A DNA stretch of 64,000 bases from Lingula anatina. Taxonomy: Eukaryota; Animalia; Brachiopoda. This document shows positions 53,501 to 64,000 of the stretch, piece after piece. The stretch is taken from positions 17,236,001-17,300,000 of the forward strand of contig CM120640.1 of NCBI GenBank assembly GCA_051362555.1, read 5' to 3'. Position numbers and translations under genes: made by a program. The notes beneath the pieces were generated by a model, which searched no databases, was not told the origin of the DNA, and worked only from the letters and a program-made list of their open reading frames with translations. Position 1 is the stretch's first letter. Every line of letters begins with the position of its first letter.

Positions 53501-55405
53501 ATTTATTGCAAATTCTGAAAAGAACAAAAACAATCAGAAATCCTATCTAACAGTTGCTTCCAATGGAATTGTGAGCAATAAAAAAAGCACAAAAAAAAAA
53601 AATTAAAAAATATATTACCTTAGCACTAGTCCCTGCATTTTTCTTGTCACCTGTTGTAACTGCCACTTTATACAGAACATCCCCCTTCTTAGCTTTAGCA
53701 CCTCGAGGACTCTTGTTGCCTCTGCCTGCGTATGAGAATTGTTTGCCACGGGGTGATCTAGGGCGAATCTGAAAATGAACAAAAACCATTTATGCTTTAA
53801 ATCATTTTGAAAAGGCATCCATTAGTTTACTTTTAGATGTTCCTAGATACTTCTGCTAGACAGACAGGAGAAATTTTTCCCGTAGCATGTATCAAGATCG
53901 GGTTAAAACTGCAAGCCTTTCTAAATTTGCATGCTTTAAGTCTTCCTATAGCGCCTTAGCTTATGATTCTGGACTCATAATTAAAGTGATAAAATGAAAA
54001 ATTAAAAGCATTGCGTATAATCTGCCAAACTCTTGTTTGTTTGTTTGCTTGTTACCTCCACCAAGAAGGTTATGTTTTCACCCCTGTTTGTCTGTTTGTT
54101 AATTTGTTTGCCTGTCTGTCATCAACATAACTCAAAAAGTTATGGACCGATTTTGATGAAATTTTCAGGAGCTGTCAGAAGTGGGCCAAGGAAGAGATGA
54201 TTAGTTTTTGGTGGTGATCCGGATCAATAATCAATCAATAATCAATAAAAATTAAAAATTGCTGCCTTGGCGTGGTTTGCGCTCTTGGAGTGCTTTTCTA
54301 GTTTGTTTTACTTTTATAACAAGATGTAATTAGGCTTAATAATACTTACACCTGAAGGAGGTCTTGGAGCACCAAATTTGCGTTGAAAATATTCAGTGAG
54401 GTGAGGATCACATATGGAGTTATAGTTTGGAATGCCAATCGTTTTACCATAATCTAACATTGGACTCCCTGCAGCAGACCCAGAGAAACTTTCTCTTGTA
54501 CGAGCTGAAAACCAAAAGCACATATTAAAAACATATCAATGTATTTTAATAGATATCCTTTTCTGCACCAACTGAGATCATAGTGTATGAGAATTTTGAA
54601 TGTTTTAACCTTCATTATCTTTTAATCAAATATCAAATGATGGTTGAAAAAAATGCTTATATCTCTCTGTAGTTCACAGATAAAGGATTATTCTGTTTTA
54701 ACAATTAATTGAATTGCATCTTAATCATTCCAAAGGAAGAAAAAAGTCAAACACTGGTGCTGAGTAAAAAAAAAATGCATTTATCTTTGGTACTCCCAAA
54801 AATGACATTTTGGCACACAGAAGTCATTAAGCATAACAAGTTGTATCTAAATAATGCATGCAATCAGAAAATACACTGTCATATATCTTCATTCTAAAAA
54901 AAGTCAAAAACTAGTGCTGAAAAAAAATGCATCTTTGGTACTCCTAATCTACAAAGATTACATATTGGCATGCATAAACCATTAAGCGTAACAGGTTCTA
55001 TCTGAAATACATGTAATCAGAAAATGCTGTCATATATGATGTACGTACGAGCATACGGTGCACGTCTCACGAGGTCTGAGGGTGAAGACATATATCTCTG
55101 TGAATCACTGATGTATTTCTCTCTGGGGCTGATGTGATTAGACTGTCTCCATGGCAATGTGGTATAAGCTCTCACCGGGGCTGTAATAGTAATAATTCAA
55201 TGTCTAATCACTAAAAAATGTATAAATCTTCCATCAATATATGAAAAAGTTTTTTTTTCTATTTGGAAAAATTGTGTGCACTGTAGTATTATACCCAGGA
55301 CCACAAAGTAAGTTTTAACTTATTTATTAGTTTAAAAAAACAACTTCATCTTTTATACATACATGCATAAAATGTTATCAGTGTTACCCAATTTGGTTTA
55401 TTTTG

Positions 55406-55440
<35 letters not shown>

Positions 55441-57544
55441 ACTTGTTTATGCTTCATATCAATTATTCTTCACATTACCCTTGTTTGCACAAACACTGTT
55501 GGAAGTAGATTGTTATTGTAAACCTTACGCTCCTATGTAAATAATTGTGTGAGAAGTTAGCAAATTCTTTTCCTGCCCACCACCCTGACAACTCAGAAAC
55601 CTTTATGTTTGCTTCACAAATAGCATTCAACTGTTGTTAAAGCCATTGCATTAAGAATTGAATATTATGATAACTTGTCTGGGTCATTAAAGTCAAACTA
55701 CTTTTTATATTTTTATTGTCTTAAAAGAATTTTTTTTAATTTAGGTAACTCCAGAAAATTTAAAGCAACAGTGACTGAGGTGAAACAATTATAGTGTATA
55801 AACTTTTTTTCTCTTTTTCTTTTTTATTTTGAACATATGCTAATACATTAGAATCAGAAATCAGTGTTCAAAATATATGGGGACTATCCATTCCTTAAAA
55901 ATGCATGCTTCTTGTTCAGTTTCAGATTCAATTTGCTTCAGGAACATCTGAATTATCTGCTGAACACTATGGCATTTGATTAATGTAAGAGATAAGGATT
56001 TTTTTGCATGTCACAAACCTAATCCCAAAGTGCACTGCTAATAGTTTATTAATTGACTAACCTAAAAGTATTGGAAAAGAGCAAATCTCTAAACAGTCAC
56101 TGGTGACCTTCAGCATCATTAGCAGCTACAATAATATCTTGAGGGATTTCAAGTCCTTATTCATTATTCTAACATGCAATATTCCCATCAAAAGGTTTTG
56201 TGAGAGTATTTCATTGTAATTGGAAACATGTTACACTTTAAGTTTAGGTCACAAATGGCGATAGATAAATAAATATTTTATTATCAAATTATCTTATCTC
56301 CTAAGTAAAAATCTACATTAAATATCCCTACTCTATTTTTCTGCAAAATTAATTTTATATCAATGAATCGATTGTCCAAGAGAAAAAAGTTTGCAAAAGC
56401 TGAATTATTTTCTAATCCACTAACTTAAATAATAAATAAATATTTTCACAACTTTTTTGTGCTTTTTAATCATATGTAGCTGGACCTTAATAGGTGGTCA
56501 AAAACAATACTCGAAAAGAGCCAAATCTTGATATAAACACTGCTTAATTCTCAATTAAATCATCAACATACAGCAAAAATGAATAACTTTATCTAAAATA
56601 CCTAAGTGATTACCAAACCTGCACATATGTGGTTTCTTTTAAATATTTTTTAAATCTTCTAAATAGCGTATGGACATTAATATGTAAATGTAAAACAAAC
56701 TTTCTTTAAGTTGTTAAAAGCAACTTCTACTTTTTTGAGAGAAATATCTTTTTATCCATTAAAAATAAAATTTCATGATATATACCAGTATACACTAAGA
56801 CAGATATAAGGTATTTTCACTTATTAAGAAACCCACATGGCTATGTGGGAATACTTTTAACAATCCTGCACTCTATGTAGTACATAATGCCTTTTTGGAT
56901 GGGGTTTGAAAATAAAGATATATTCTCATTTAAAATGCTGAAGTATGTACATTAAGGGTGATTTTATTACCTCATGTGGACAGCATATTTGTTCTAATTA
57001 GTCATAAAAACCACTGTGATTAAACAGAACCTAAACTGACAGAATTCAAGCACAGTAAGATAGCCAGTCCTTTACAAAAATATTGGAAGTATCAGAAGCA
57101 ACAAAGTCAATTTATGTAAGTATCTTTAAGAGAACATCCTGAAAATATGTTATATCCTTAGAAAAAAAGGCCTAAGGCATACAATATAATCTGCAGAGTA
57201 CATACAGTACATGTAATACAAACTTAACCTGCCATATCAATTGCAAGCTATTTATAATTAAAGTATACTGTCTCAACACAGATTTGCACTGCTCTTCAAC
57301 CAAGGGCACTGTGCTTGTTCTCAGTTCATTTAATGTGTCACGTACCTGAGGCTGGTCTTGTTCTCCTCCCATAGCTAGCATATGCATTGTAATTAGGTTC
57401 TCTCAAGACATTTGTAGTGTAGGATTCCTTCACATAGAAGGTGGCCATGTTGGGAGCAGTCATGGAGAAACGCACTGCCTCCGAGTTATGGTATGGCATT
57501 GACATGTAGGCCCCACCTGTACCACCATATTCATAGTCATCCAT
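29751..57544 (-). CDS. LOXHD1: Lipoxygenase homology domain-containing protein 1 orthologue (poly-PLAT protein, ~47 coding exons, 17 PLAT repeats)
   Basis: Repeated PLAT signatures [19 protein letters not shown], FERxxxDxF, RIGHDxxGxxxGWFLDKV and FPCxRWLAxDEDDGQIxREL. PLAT starts at about 53670, 52250, 51055, 49525, 48660, 47610, 45115, 44070, 42570, 41375, 38450, 36050, 34790, 33740, 32820, 31710 and 30410. LOXHD1-specific traits: K/E-rich insert (42926-43191) and a divergent penultimate [21 protein letters not shown]. Start MDDYEY at 57544 is inferred. Stop after ..[13 protein letters not shown] at 29751-29753. Confidence 0.93.
32527..32567. repeat. (TA)n microsatellite in LOXHD1 intron
   Basis: Perfect TA run. 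Confidence 0.95.
38475..38548. repeat. (TA)n microsatellite in LOXHD1 intron
   Basis: Perfect TA run about 20 nt from the splice acceptor of the PLAT11 exon. Confidence 0.95.
38791..40450 (+). mobile_element. Tc1/mariner DNA transposon (DD34E), full length, intronic and antisense to LOXHD1
   Basis: 27-bp TIRs: cagggttaccacttaatatggaatatt and aatattccatattaagtagtaaccctg (1 mismatch). TA target-site duplication on both sides. Length 1660 bp. Confidence 0.95.
39109..40135 (+). pseudogene. Tc1-family transposase pseudogene
   Basis: MAQQLS..RTAIAR* (stop), [68 protein letters not shown]-34-E spacing counted from the second D of QDD. In-frame stops and frameshifts. Confidence 0.92.
54052..54303 (+). 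mobile_element. Short HINE/Helentron-type non-autonomous element
   Basis: 5' ttacctccaccaagaaggt palindrome, (TGTT/TGTC)n tract, subterminal inverted ccttggcgtggt, 3' hairpin gcgctc-ttg-gagtgc and terminal ttctagtt. Confidence 0.8.
54741..55038 (+). repeat. Diverged ~155-bp tandem duplication in LOXHD1 intron
   Basis: aaaaagtcaaa..gtgctga..atctttggtactcc..cattaagc.taaca..aatcagaaaat..ctgtcatatat occurs at about 54741 and 54897. Confidence 0.8.
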
Positions 57545-58009
57545 TGTGTTACTGGAAGACAATAAAGCAAAATGACCATTGATAATGACATTTAACAACC
57601 TGCATACTACAATGTGCATACCCTGTACAATGCTTCAAAATGGTGTCATACATGTGTACATAGCATAAAATCGCAATGCTTTTTACTGTGCATAACAAAA
57701 CCAGCACTATAAATAAACATTTTATATCATTAAAATTGCAGCTGTCAATAAAATGCATACTTTGATGCATGTAAACCATAGAAAAATTAAATACTCTCCA
57801 ATGTGCTCTCTTGCTCATATAATTATGAACAGCTTACAGAAACTTATTCCAATAAGACTTTCTCCATTAACGGTATATCATGCTTCATTTAACACTCTGG
57901 AAAATATTTTGGGAGAATTGAGATGAGTACGATGATTTTCTTTCAGATTTCCTATTCTAACCTTTCAAAAACTTGTAAGCAGGTGCTTGAAAAAATACAG
58001 TTCTCTTAC

Positions 58010-58631
58010 CGTTGTTTCTTGCAATCCTTGCTTAAAATAAGTCATTTATCCCAAACCATATTCATATTAGGCGTTATTTTAGATTCCAATAGGCGGTATT
58101 ATAAAATCCAAATATAATAGGAGGACGTTCAGCATGTGAAATATTCAATGTTTGTATCGATGACAACAACTGCTCTGCGCCTGCGTAAATATGCATGCTT
58201 CTGAATAGCAAACATCCGGTTATTTTATGAAATAAAGAATAAGGTTTCTTGATGTGAAACAAGATCCCGAACAAAGTTGTGAAATTCGTAAGTACTTTAC
58301 AAACAATTCAACATAAATTCATATATTATGTATAGATTTCTGTAACAGAAGTATCATGCAGTTTTCTTTACTGCAACTGTGAATTTTAACGCAGTGCTTA
58401 GTCAACAGCTGCATTCACCTTCTCCAAACAAGCGCCTCGATTTCGAAAAGTCAAACCAATCGAAGTAGCATGCAAAAATGTACTGAAGCGTTGTGATACA
58501 TCCTTCTTCAGTTATATTGCTTGTTTACGTCATATTTAACAAAAATCTTGCACTTTCATTTTAAGTCTAGATAATACTTTCAATGTTTCTTCTTCGCAAT
58601 ATTTATCCTGCACCGAAGGATTTCCAAAAAC
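58010..58631. promoter_or_regulatory. Probable bidirectional promoter with non-coding first exons of LOXHD1 (-) and the plus-strand gene
   Basis: Minus-strand donor G|gtaaga at 58010/58009 and plus-strand donor AAC|gtgagt at 58631/58632. The interval is locally CpG-enriched and has a CCAAT at about 58457. Both first coding exons begin with splice acceptors, so they need upstream UTR exons. Confidence 0.5.
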
Positions 58632-58934
58632 GTGAGTAGATCTGAATATATAACGGATGAAGGATTTAACTGTTTCAGACGAGTGTCGCTCTAAAAACAA
58701 GGAAGACACGGGCGGATGTTACTGAAACTAGTACCACTTTGCAACTTTTTCTAAAAAGATTAATCATATTCAACAATCTACTGATCGATCCCGACAATTC
58801 TTTGCCCTCTGCACCATGTACTCCACCTCCAACAATCGCGGTTGTAGTGTAGAAAACTGCTTAGTTACTGTAGTTGGATTTTTTTTTATTTTAATTTATT
58901 CCCTGGGAAGTACCTCTCTGCCGACCAAAGTAGT

Positions 58935-59091
58935 CAGGCTTGTAGTCAGGGAATGTTTGGGGAGCCGAAAAAAACAACCTTTTGCTAGGAAAAGGTTCCC
59001 TCTGGGTAAAATTTTATCTAATGTTTCATGGTAAAAGGTCCACTTTTTCAGATAAAGAACCCCCTTTTTGAAATAGCTGGCTACGGGCCTG
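58935..59091. mobile_element. MITE (caggcccgtagccag-type TIR) with GTAGT flanking duplication
   Basis: Left end caggcttgtagtcag, right end ctggctacgggcctg, gtagt on both flanks. Confidence 0.7.
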
Positions 59092-59214
59092 GTAGTCTTT
59101 TGTCATAGTAAAATATATTAGTAAGTAAAAGGAAGCAGCATATGGCAGCTGTAACTATTGTAGTACCAGTAGAATATGAAGTCAACGGAATGTGAAGTAG
59201 AATCATCTGGAATC

Positions 59215-62200
59215 AGCAGAATGTGCTGAGTCAGCAAAATTGGATGAAAATGAATCGGCAAAATCTGTAGTCAGTGCTCAGAATGTGGAGTCAGCAAATT
59301 CTGGTTAACAAACTTGGCTGTCCCATATTTTCTCTGTGTCCAGAGGATGAAAGAAGTGAGCAATGATTATGTAAAGCAGTAACCAGGTAAAACTTCACCT
59401 GAAGTCAGTAGAATCTAATAGAATCAGCAGAATGTGCTGAGTCAGCAAAATTAGATGACAATGAATCAGCAAAATCTGTAGTCAGTGCTCAGAATGTGGA
59501 GTCAACAAAATCTGTTTAACAAACTTGGCTGTCTCATATTTTCTCTGTGTCCAGAGGATGAAAGAAGTGAGCAATGATTATGTAAAGCAGTAACCAGGTA
59601 AAACTTCACCTGAAGTCAGTAGAATCTAATAGAATCAGCAGAATGTGCTGAATCAGCAAAAGTAGATGAAAATGAATCAGCAAAATCTGTAGTCAGTACT
59701 CTGAATGTGGAGTAAGCAAAATCTGGTTAACAAACTTGGCTGTCTCATATTTTCTCTGTGTCCAGAGGATGAAAGAAGTGAGCAATGATTATGTAAAGCA
59801 GTAACCAGGTAAAACTTCACCTGAAGTCAGTAGAATCTAATAGAATCAGCAGAATGTGCTGAATCAGCAAAAGTAGATGAAAATGAATCAGCAAAATCTG
59901 TAGTCAGTACTCTGAATGTGGAGTAAGCAAAATCTGGTTAACAAACTTGGCTGTCTCATATTTTCTCTGTGTCCAGAGGATGAAAGAAGTGAGCAATGAT
60001 TATGTAAAGCAGTAACCAGGTAAAACTTCACCTGAAGTCAGTAGAATTTGATAGAATCAGCAGAATGTGCTGAGACAGCAAAATTATATGACAATGAATC
60101 AGCAAAATCTGTAGTCAGTGCTCAGAATGTGGAGTGAGCAAAATCTGGTTAACAAACTTGGCTGTCCCATATTTTCTCTGTGTCCAGAGGATGAAAGAAG
60201 TGAGCAATGATTATGTAAAGCAGTAACCAGGTAAAACTTCACCTGAAGTCAGTAGAATTTGATAGAATCAGCAAAATGTGCTGAGTCAGCAAAATTAGAT
60301 GACAGTGAATCAGCAAAATCTGTAGTCAGTGCTCAGAATATGGAGTCAACAAAATCTGGTTAACAAAATTGGCTGTCCCATATTTTCTCTGTGTCCAGAG
60401 GATGAAAGAAGTGAGCAATGATTATGTAAAGCAGTAACCAGGTAAAACTTCACCTGAAGTCAGTAGAATCTAATAGAATCAGCAGAATGCGCTGAGTCAG
60501 CAAAAGTAGATGAAAATGAATCAGCAAAATCTGCAGTCAGTGCTCTGAATGTGGAGTCAGCAAAATCTGGTTAACAAACTTGGCTGTCCCATATTTTCTC
60601 TGTGTCCAGAGGATGAAAGAAGTGAGCAATGATTATGTAAAGCAGTAACCAGGTAAAACTTCACCTGAAGTCAGTAGAATCTAATAGAATCAGCAGAATG
60701 TGCTGAGTCAGCAAAATTAGATGACAATGAATCAGCAAAATCTGTAGTCAGTGCTCAGAATGTGGAGTCAACAAAATCTGTTTAACAAACTTGGCTGTCT
60801 CATATTTTCTCTGTGTCCAGAGGATGAAAGAAGTGAGCAATGATTATGTAAAGCAGTAACCAGGTAAAACTTCACCTGAAGTCAGTAGAATCTAATAGAA
60901 TCAGCAGAATGTGCTGAGACAGCAAAATTATATGACAATGAATCAGCAAAATCTGTAGTCAGTGCTCAGAATGTGGAGTGAGCAAAATCTGGTTAACAAA
61001 CTTGGCTGTCCCATATTTTCTCTGTGTCCAGAGGATGAAAGAAGTGAGCAATGATTATGTAAAGCAGTAACCAGGTAAAACTTCACCTGAAGTCAGTAGA
61101 ATCTAATAGAATCAGCAGAATGTGCTGAGACAGCAAAATTATATGACAATGAATCAGCAAAATCTGTAGTCAGTGCTCAGAATGTGGAGTGAGCAAAATC
61201 TGGTTAACAAACTTGGCTGTCCCATATTTTCTCTGTGTCCAGAGGATGAAAGAAGTGAGCAATGATTATGTAAAGCAGTAACCAGGTAAAACTTCACCTG
61301 AAGTCAGTAGAATTTGATAGAATCAGCAAAATGTGCTGAGTCAGCAAAATTAGATAACAATGAATCAGCAAAATCTGTAGTCAGTGCTCAGAATGTGGAG
61401 TCAACAAAATCTGGTAAACAAACTTGGCTGTCCCATATTTTCTCTGTGTCCAGAGGATGAAAGAAGTGAGCAATGATTATGTAAAGCAGTAACCAGGTAA
61501 AACTTCACCTGAAGTCAGTAGAATCTAATAGAATCAGCAGAATGTGCTGAGTCAGCAAAATTAGATGACAATGAATCAGCAAAATCTGTAGTCAGTGCTC
61601 AGAATGTGGAGTCAACAAAATCTGGTAAACAAACTTGGCTGTCTCATATTTTCTCTGTGTCCAGAGGATGAAAGAAGTGAGCAATGATTATGTAAAGCAG
61701 TAACCAGGTAAAACTTCACCTGAAGTCAGTAGAATCTAATAGAATCAGCAGAATGTGCTGAATCAGCAAAAGTAGATGAAAATGAATCAGCAAAATCTGT
61801 AGTCAGTACTCTGAATGTGGAGTAAGCAAAATCTGGTTAACAAACTTGGCTGTCTCATATTTTCTCTGTGTCCAGAGGATGAAAGAAGTGAGCAATGATG
61901 ATGTAAAGCAGTAACCAGGTAAAACTTCACCTGAAGTCAGTAGAATTTGATAGAATCAGCAGAATGTGCTGAGGCAGCAAAATTATATGACAATGAATCA
62001 GCAAAATCTGTAGTCAGTGCTCAGAATGTGGAGTGAGCAAAATCTGGTTAACAAACTTGGCTATCCCATATTTTCTCTGTGTCCAGAGGATGAAAGAAGT
62101 GAGCAATGATTATGTAAAGCAGTAACCAGGTAAAACTTCACCTTAAGTCAGTAGAATCTAATAGAATCAGCAGAATGTGCTGAGTCAGCAAAAGTAGATC

Positions 62201-62356
62201 AAAATGAATCAGCAAAATCTGCAGTCAGTGCTCTGAATGTGGAGTCAGCAAAATCTGGTTAACAAACTTGGCTGTCCCATATTTTCTCTGTGTCCAGAGG
62301 ATGAAAGAAGTGAACAATGATTATGTAAAGCAGTAACCAGGTAAAACTTCACCTGG
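59215..62356 (+). repeat. Tandem array of 15 x 211-bp units
   Basis: Anchor cagaggatga at 59341, 59552, 59763 ... 62295, exactly 211 bp apart with no indels. Two more diverged units at about 62935 and 63153. Confidence 0.98.
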
Positions 62357-62596
62357 TTATAGCTAGGTCACAATCAATTGAATGTTATGCAATGTTAGGA
62401 TCCACATGTTTTTTACAATATTCATCATCATTAACTATGGTTTGGTTAATCCTGACAAGCCATTGTGCTCTGCACCATGTACTTCACCTCCAACAATTGC
62501 AGTTGTAGTGTAGAAAACTACTGCATAGTCACTGTAGTTAGATTTTTTAATTTAAATTTATTCCCTGGGAAAACCCCCTCTGCTGACAAACGTAGT

Positions 62597-62740
62597 CGCA
62601 CTCCTAGCCAGGGAGGTTTCGGGGTCCGTAAAGGTCCCAGGGGCCAAGAAAAGGTCCCCTCTGGGTAATATTTTATACACCATTTCATGGGAAAAGGTCA
62701 GAAAAGAACACCCTTCTTGAAATTCCTGGCTACGGGCCTG
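62597..62740. mobile_element. Paralogous MITE copy within the duplicated block
   Basis: Left end cgcactcctagccag, right end ctggctacgggcctg, same gtagt flanks as 58935-59091. Confidence 0.65.
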
Positions 62741-63663
62741 GTAGTCTTTTGTCAGTCACGGTAAAATATATCAGTAAGTAAGTTGAAGCAGCATGTGACA
62801 GCCGTTACCGTAGTAGTGCCAATAGAATAAGAAGTTAGATGAATATGAATCGGCAAAATCTGTAGTCAGTGCTCAGAATGTGGAGTCAGCAAAATCTGGT
62901 TATCAAACTTGGCTGTCTCATATTTTCTCTGTGTCCAGAGGATGACAGAAGTGAGCAATGATTATGTAGAGCAGTAACCAGGTTAAACTTCACCTGAAGT
63001 CAGTAAAATCTGATGGAATCAGCAGAATATGCTTAGTCAGCAGAATAAGATGAATGAGCAGCAGCAAAATCTGTAGTCAGTGCTCAGAACATGTAAGCAG
63101 AGTCAGCATAATCTGATCAAAATACTTGGCTGTCCCATAACTTCTCTGTGTCCAGTGGACGGTAGTCTAATTGAGCAATGTAGAACAGTTACCAGGTAAA
63201 ACTTCACCTGGTTACAGGTCACAGCCAGTTGAACACTACTCACAACACTATATATACTGGCACACAGTTACTCTCATGCAGAACAGTACATGTCTATAGT
63301 ACATGCCTAATGATTATTAGTTTTCTTTTGTCTAGAGAGAGAGATAAGTGTCTGGAATTGTTTTTCTTTGAGAATTAAAAACTAAAATAAACAACAGTGC
63401 AACTTAGCATCAAATTAAGCAGATTTAGAGATTTAATGGAGAGAAGGATCAGAGGCTACTTCCCTTTATATAACGGGAATGTTTCTCATCTTAACTCCCC
63501 ACCATCATTACCCCCTGCACCAGTAATACTGGCATCTATACTTCCCAGCAGTTTAGATTTTCTGGTGAAAATTCAGAATGTGATAATAAAACATTTATCT
63601 TAATTTCAGATTCTCTGGCTGCCTAAATGAATTGCCTGGTGATATTTCTCCCCTTATTTCAAC

Positions 63664-63856
63664 ATGACTGACCTAAGTCTAAGGAAGCAGAAACTGGTGA
63701 AAGAACTTCATGGCATCTTCTCTCTTGTTGAGCAACATGTCCTTGAGGACTTGGTCCATAACATGTGTACTCAATACCCAGAGTCAGATGATAAGGAGAT
63801 TCTGTTCATTTGCTCAAATCATTTGCTGAACAACATTGCCATGGAAACTGATGACA
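63664..63856 (+). CDS. First coding exon of an unidentified gene that continues beyond the window; helical, weakly CUE/UBA-like N-terminus
   Basis: Acceptor taatttcag at 63609, aacATG with A at -3, open frame MTDLSLRKQKLVKELHGIFSLVEQHVLEDLVHNMCTQYPESDDKEILFICSNHLLNNIAMETDD, donor CA|gtaagt at 63856. Confidence 0.65.
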
Positions 63857-64000
63857 GTAAGTATAATTAAGCCTTCATAAAACGGCCTCAGAAATATTTT
63901 TGCCTATTGAATACTGAACAGTTGCATCAGGTAAAATAATAGTTGGGTGATTTTTAAACATTTAGTGTCTTTCGTTTTTTAGCAACATCACTAGCCCAAG

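Larger units (their letters stand above)
58790..63235 (+). repeat. Local tandem duplication: copy 1 about 58790-62380, copy 2 about 62450-63235
   Basis: Shared starts (ctctgcaccatgtact.cacctccaacaat at about 58807 and 62468), shared MITE, shared 211-bp-type units and shared ends (ccaggtaaaacttcacctggtta...ggtcaca). Confidence 0.9.

Noticed and set aside
15149-57544. U12-type (minor) introns in GNPTAB or LOXHD1
   Set aside because: None of the donors I checked has the GTATCCTT/ATATCCTT consensus.
59344-59386. Repeated coding or selenoprotein exon (frame DERSEQ-TGA-LCKAVT)
   Set aside because: 43 nt is not a multiple of 3, all three frames contain stops, and no SECIS is evident.
59363-59440. 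Tandem C/D box snoRNA cluster (ATGATTA ... CTGA ... CTGA)
   Set aside because: Imperfect C box, no consistent terminal stem, and only a partial, mis-registered resemblance (ggtaaaact) to 28S antisense. A snoscan or Infernal run would settle it.
59215-62356. Hammerhead-ribozyme retrozyme array (unit size fits metazoan non-LTR retrozymes)
   Set aside because: I found no CTGANGA...GAAA catalytic core on either strand of the unit.
59215-62356. CRISPR-like repeat-spacer array
   Set aside because: The segments between conserved cores are homologous to each other rather than unique spacers; eukaryotic context with no cas genes.

Overview
AT-rich, intron-rich animal genomic DNA. The repeat families suggest a marine invertebrate, possibly a mollusc (inference). 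Two apparently complete multi-exon genes lie on the minus strand: GNPTAB (GlcNAc-1-phosphotransferase alpha/beta precursor, about 15149-26583) and a LOXHD1 orthologue (about 29751-57544, 17 PLAT repeats by my manual exon reading). The first coding exon of an unidentified divergent plus-strand gene starts at 63664. Mobile DNA includes a decayed DD34E Tc1 element in a LOXHD1 intron, two Helentron-type non-autonomous elements (one carrying a 146-bp satellite), several MITEs and a 36-bp G-rich minisatellite. The most unusual structure is a 15 x 211-bp tandem array in the probable 5'-UTR intron of the plus-strand gene. Each unit has a near-invariant acceptor / 43-nt exon / donor module containing a complete 11-codon uORF, plus Maf-type palindromes. 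The LOXHD1 N-terminus also carries a YNSxxDPHLxxYF motif resembling ERICH3/FSIP2. Exon coordinates were read by eye and may be off by a few bases.
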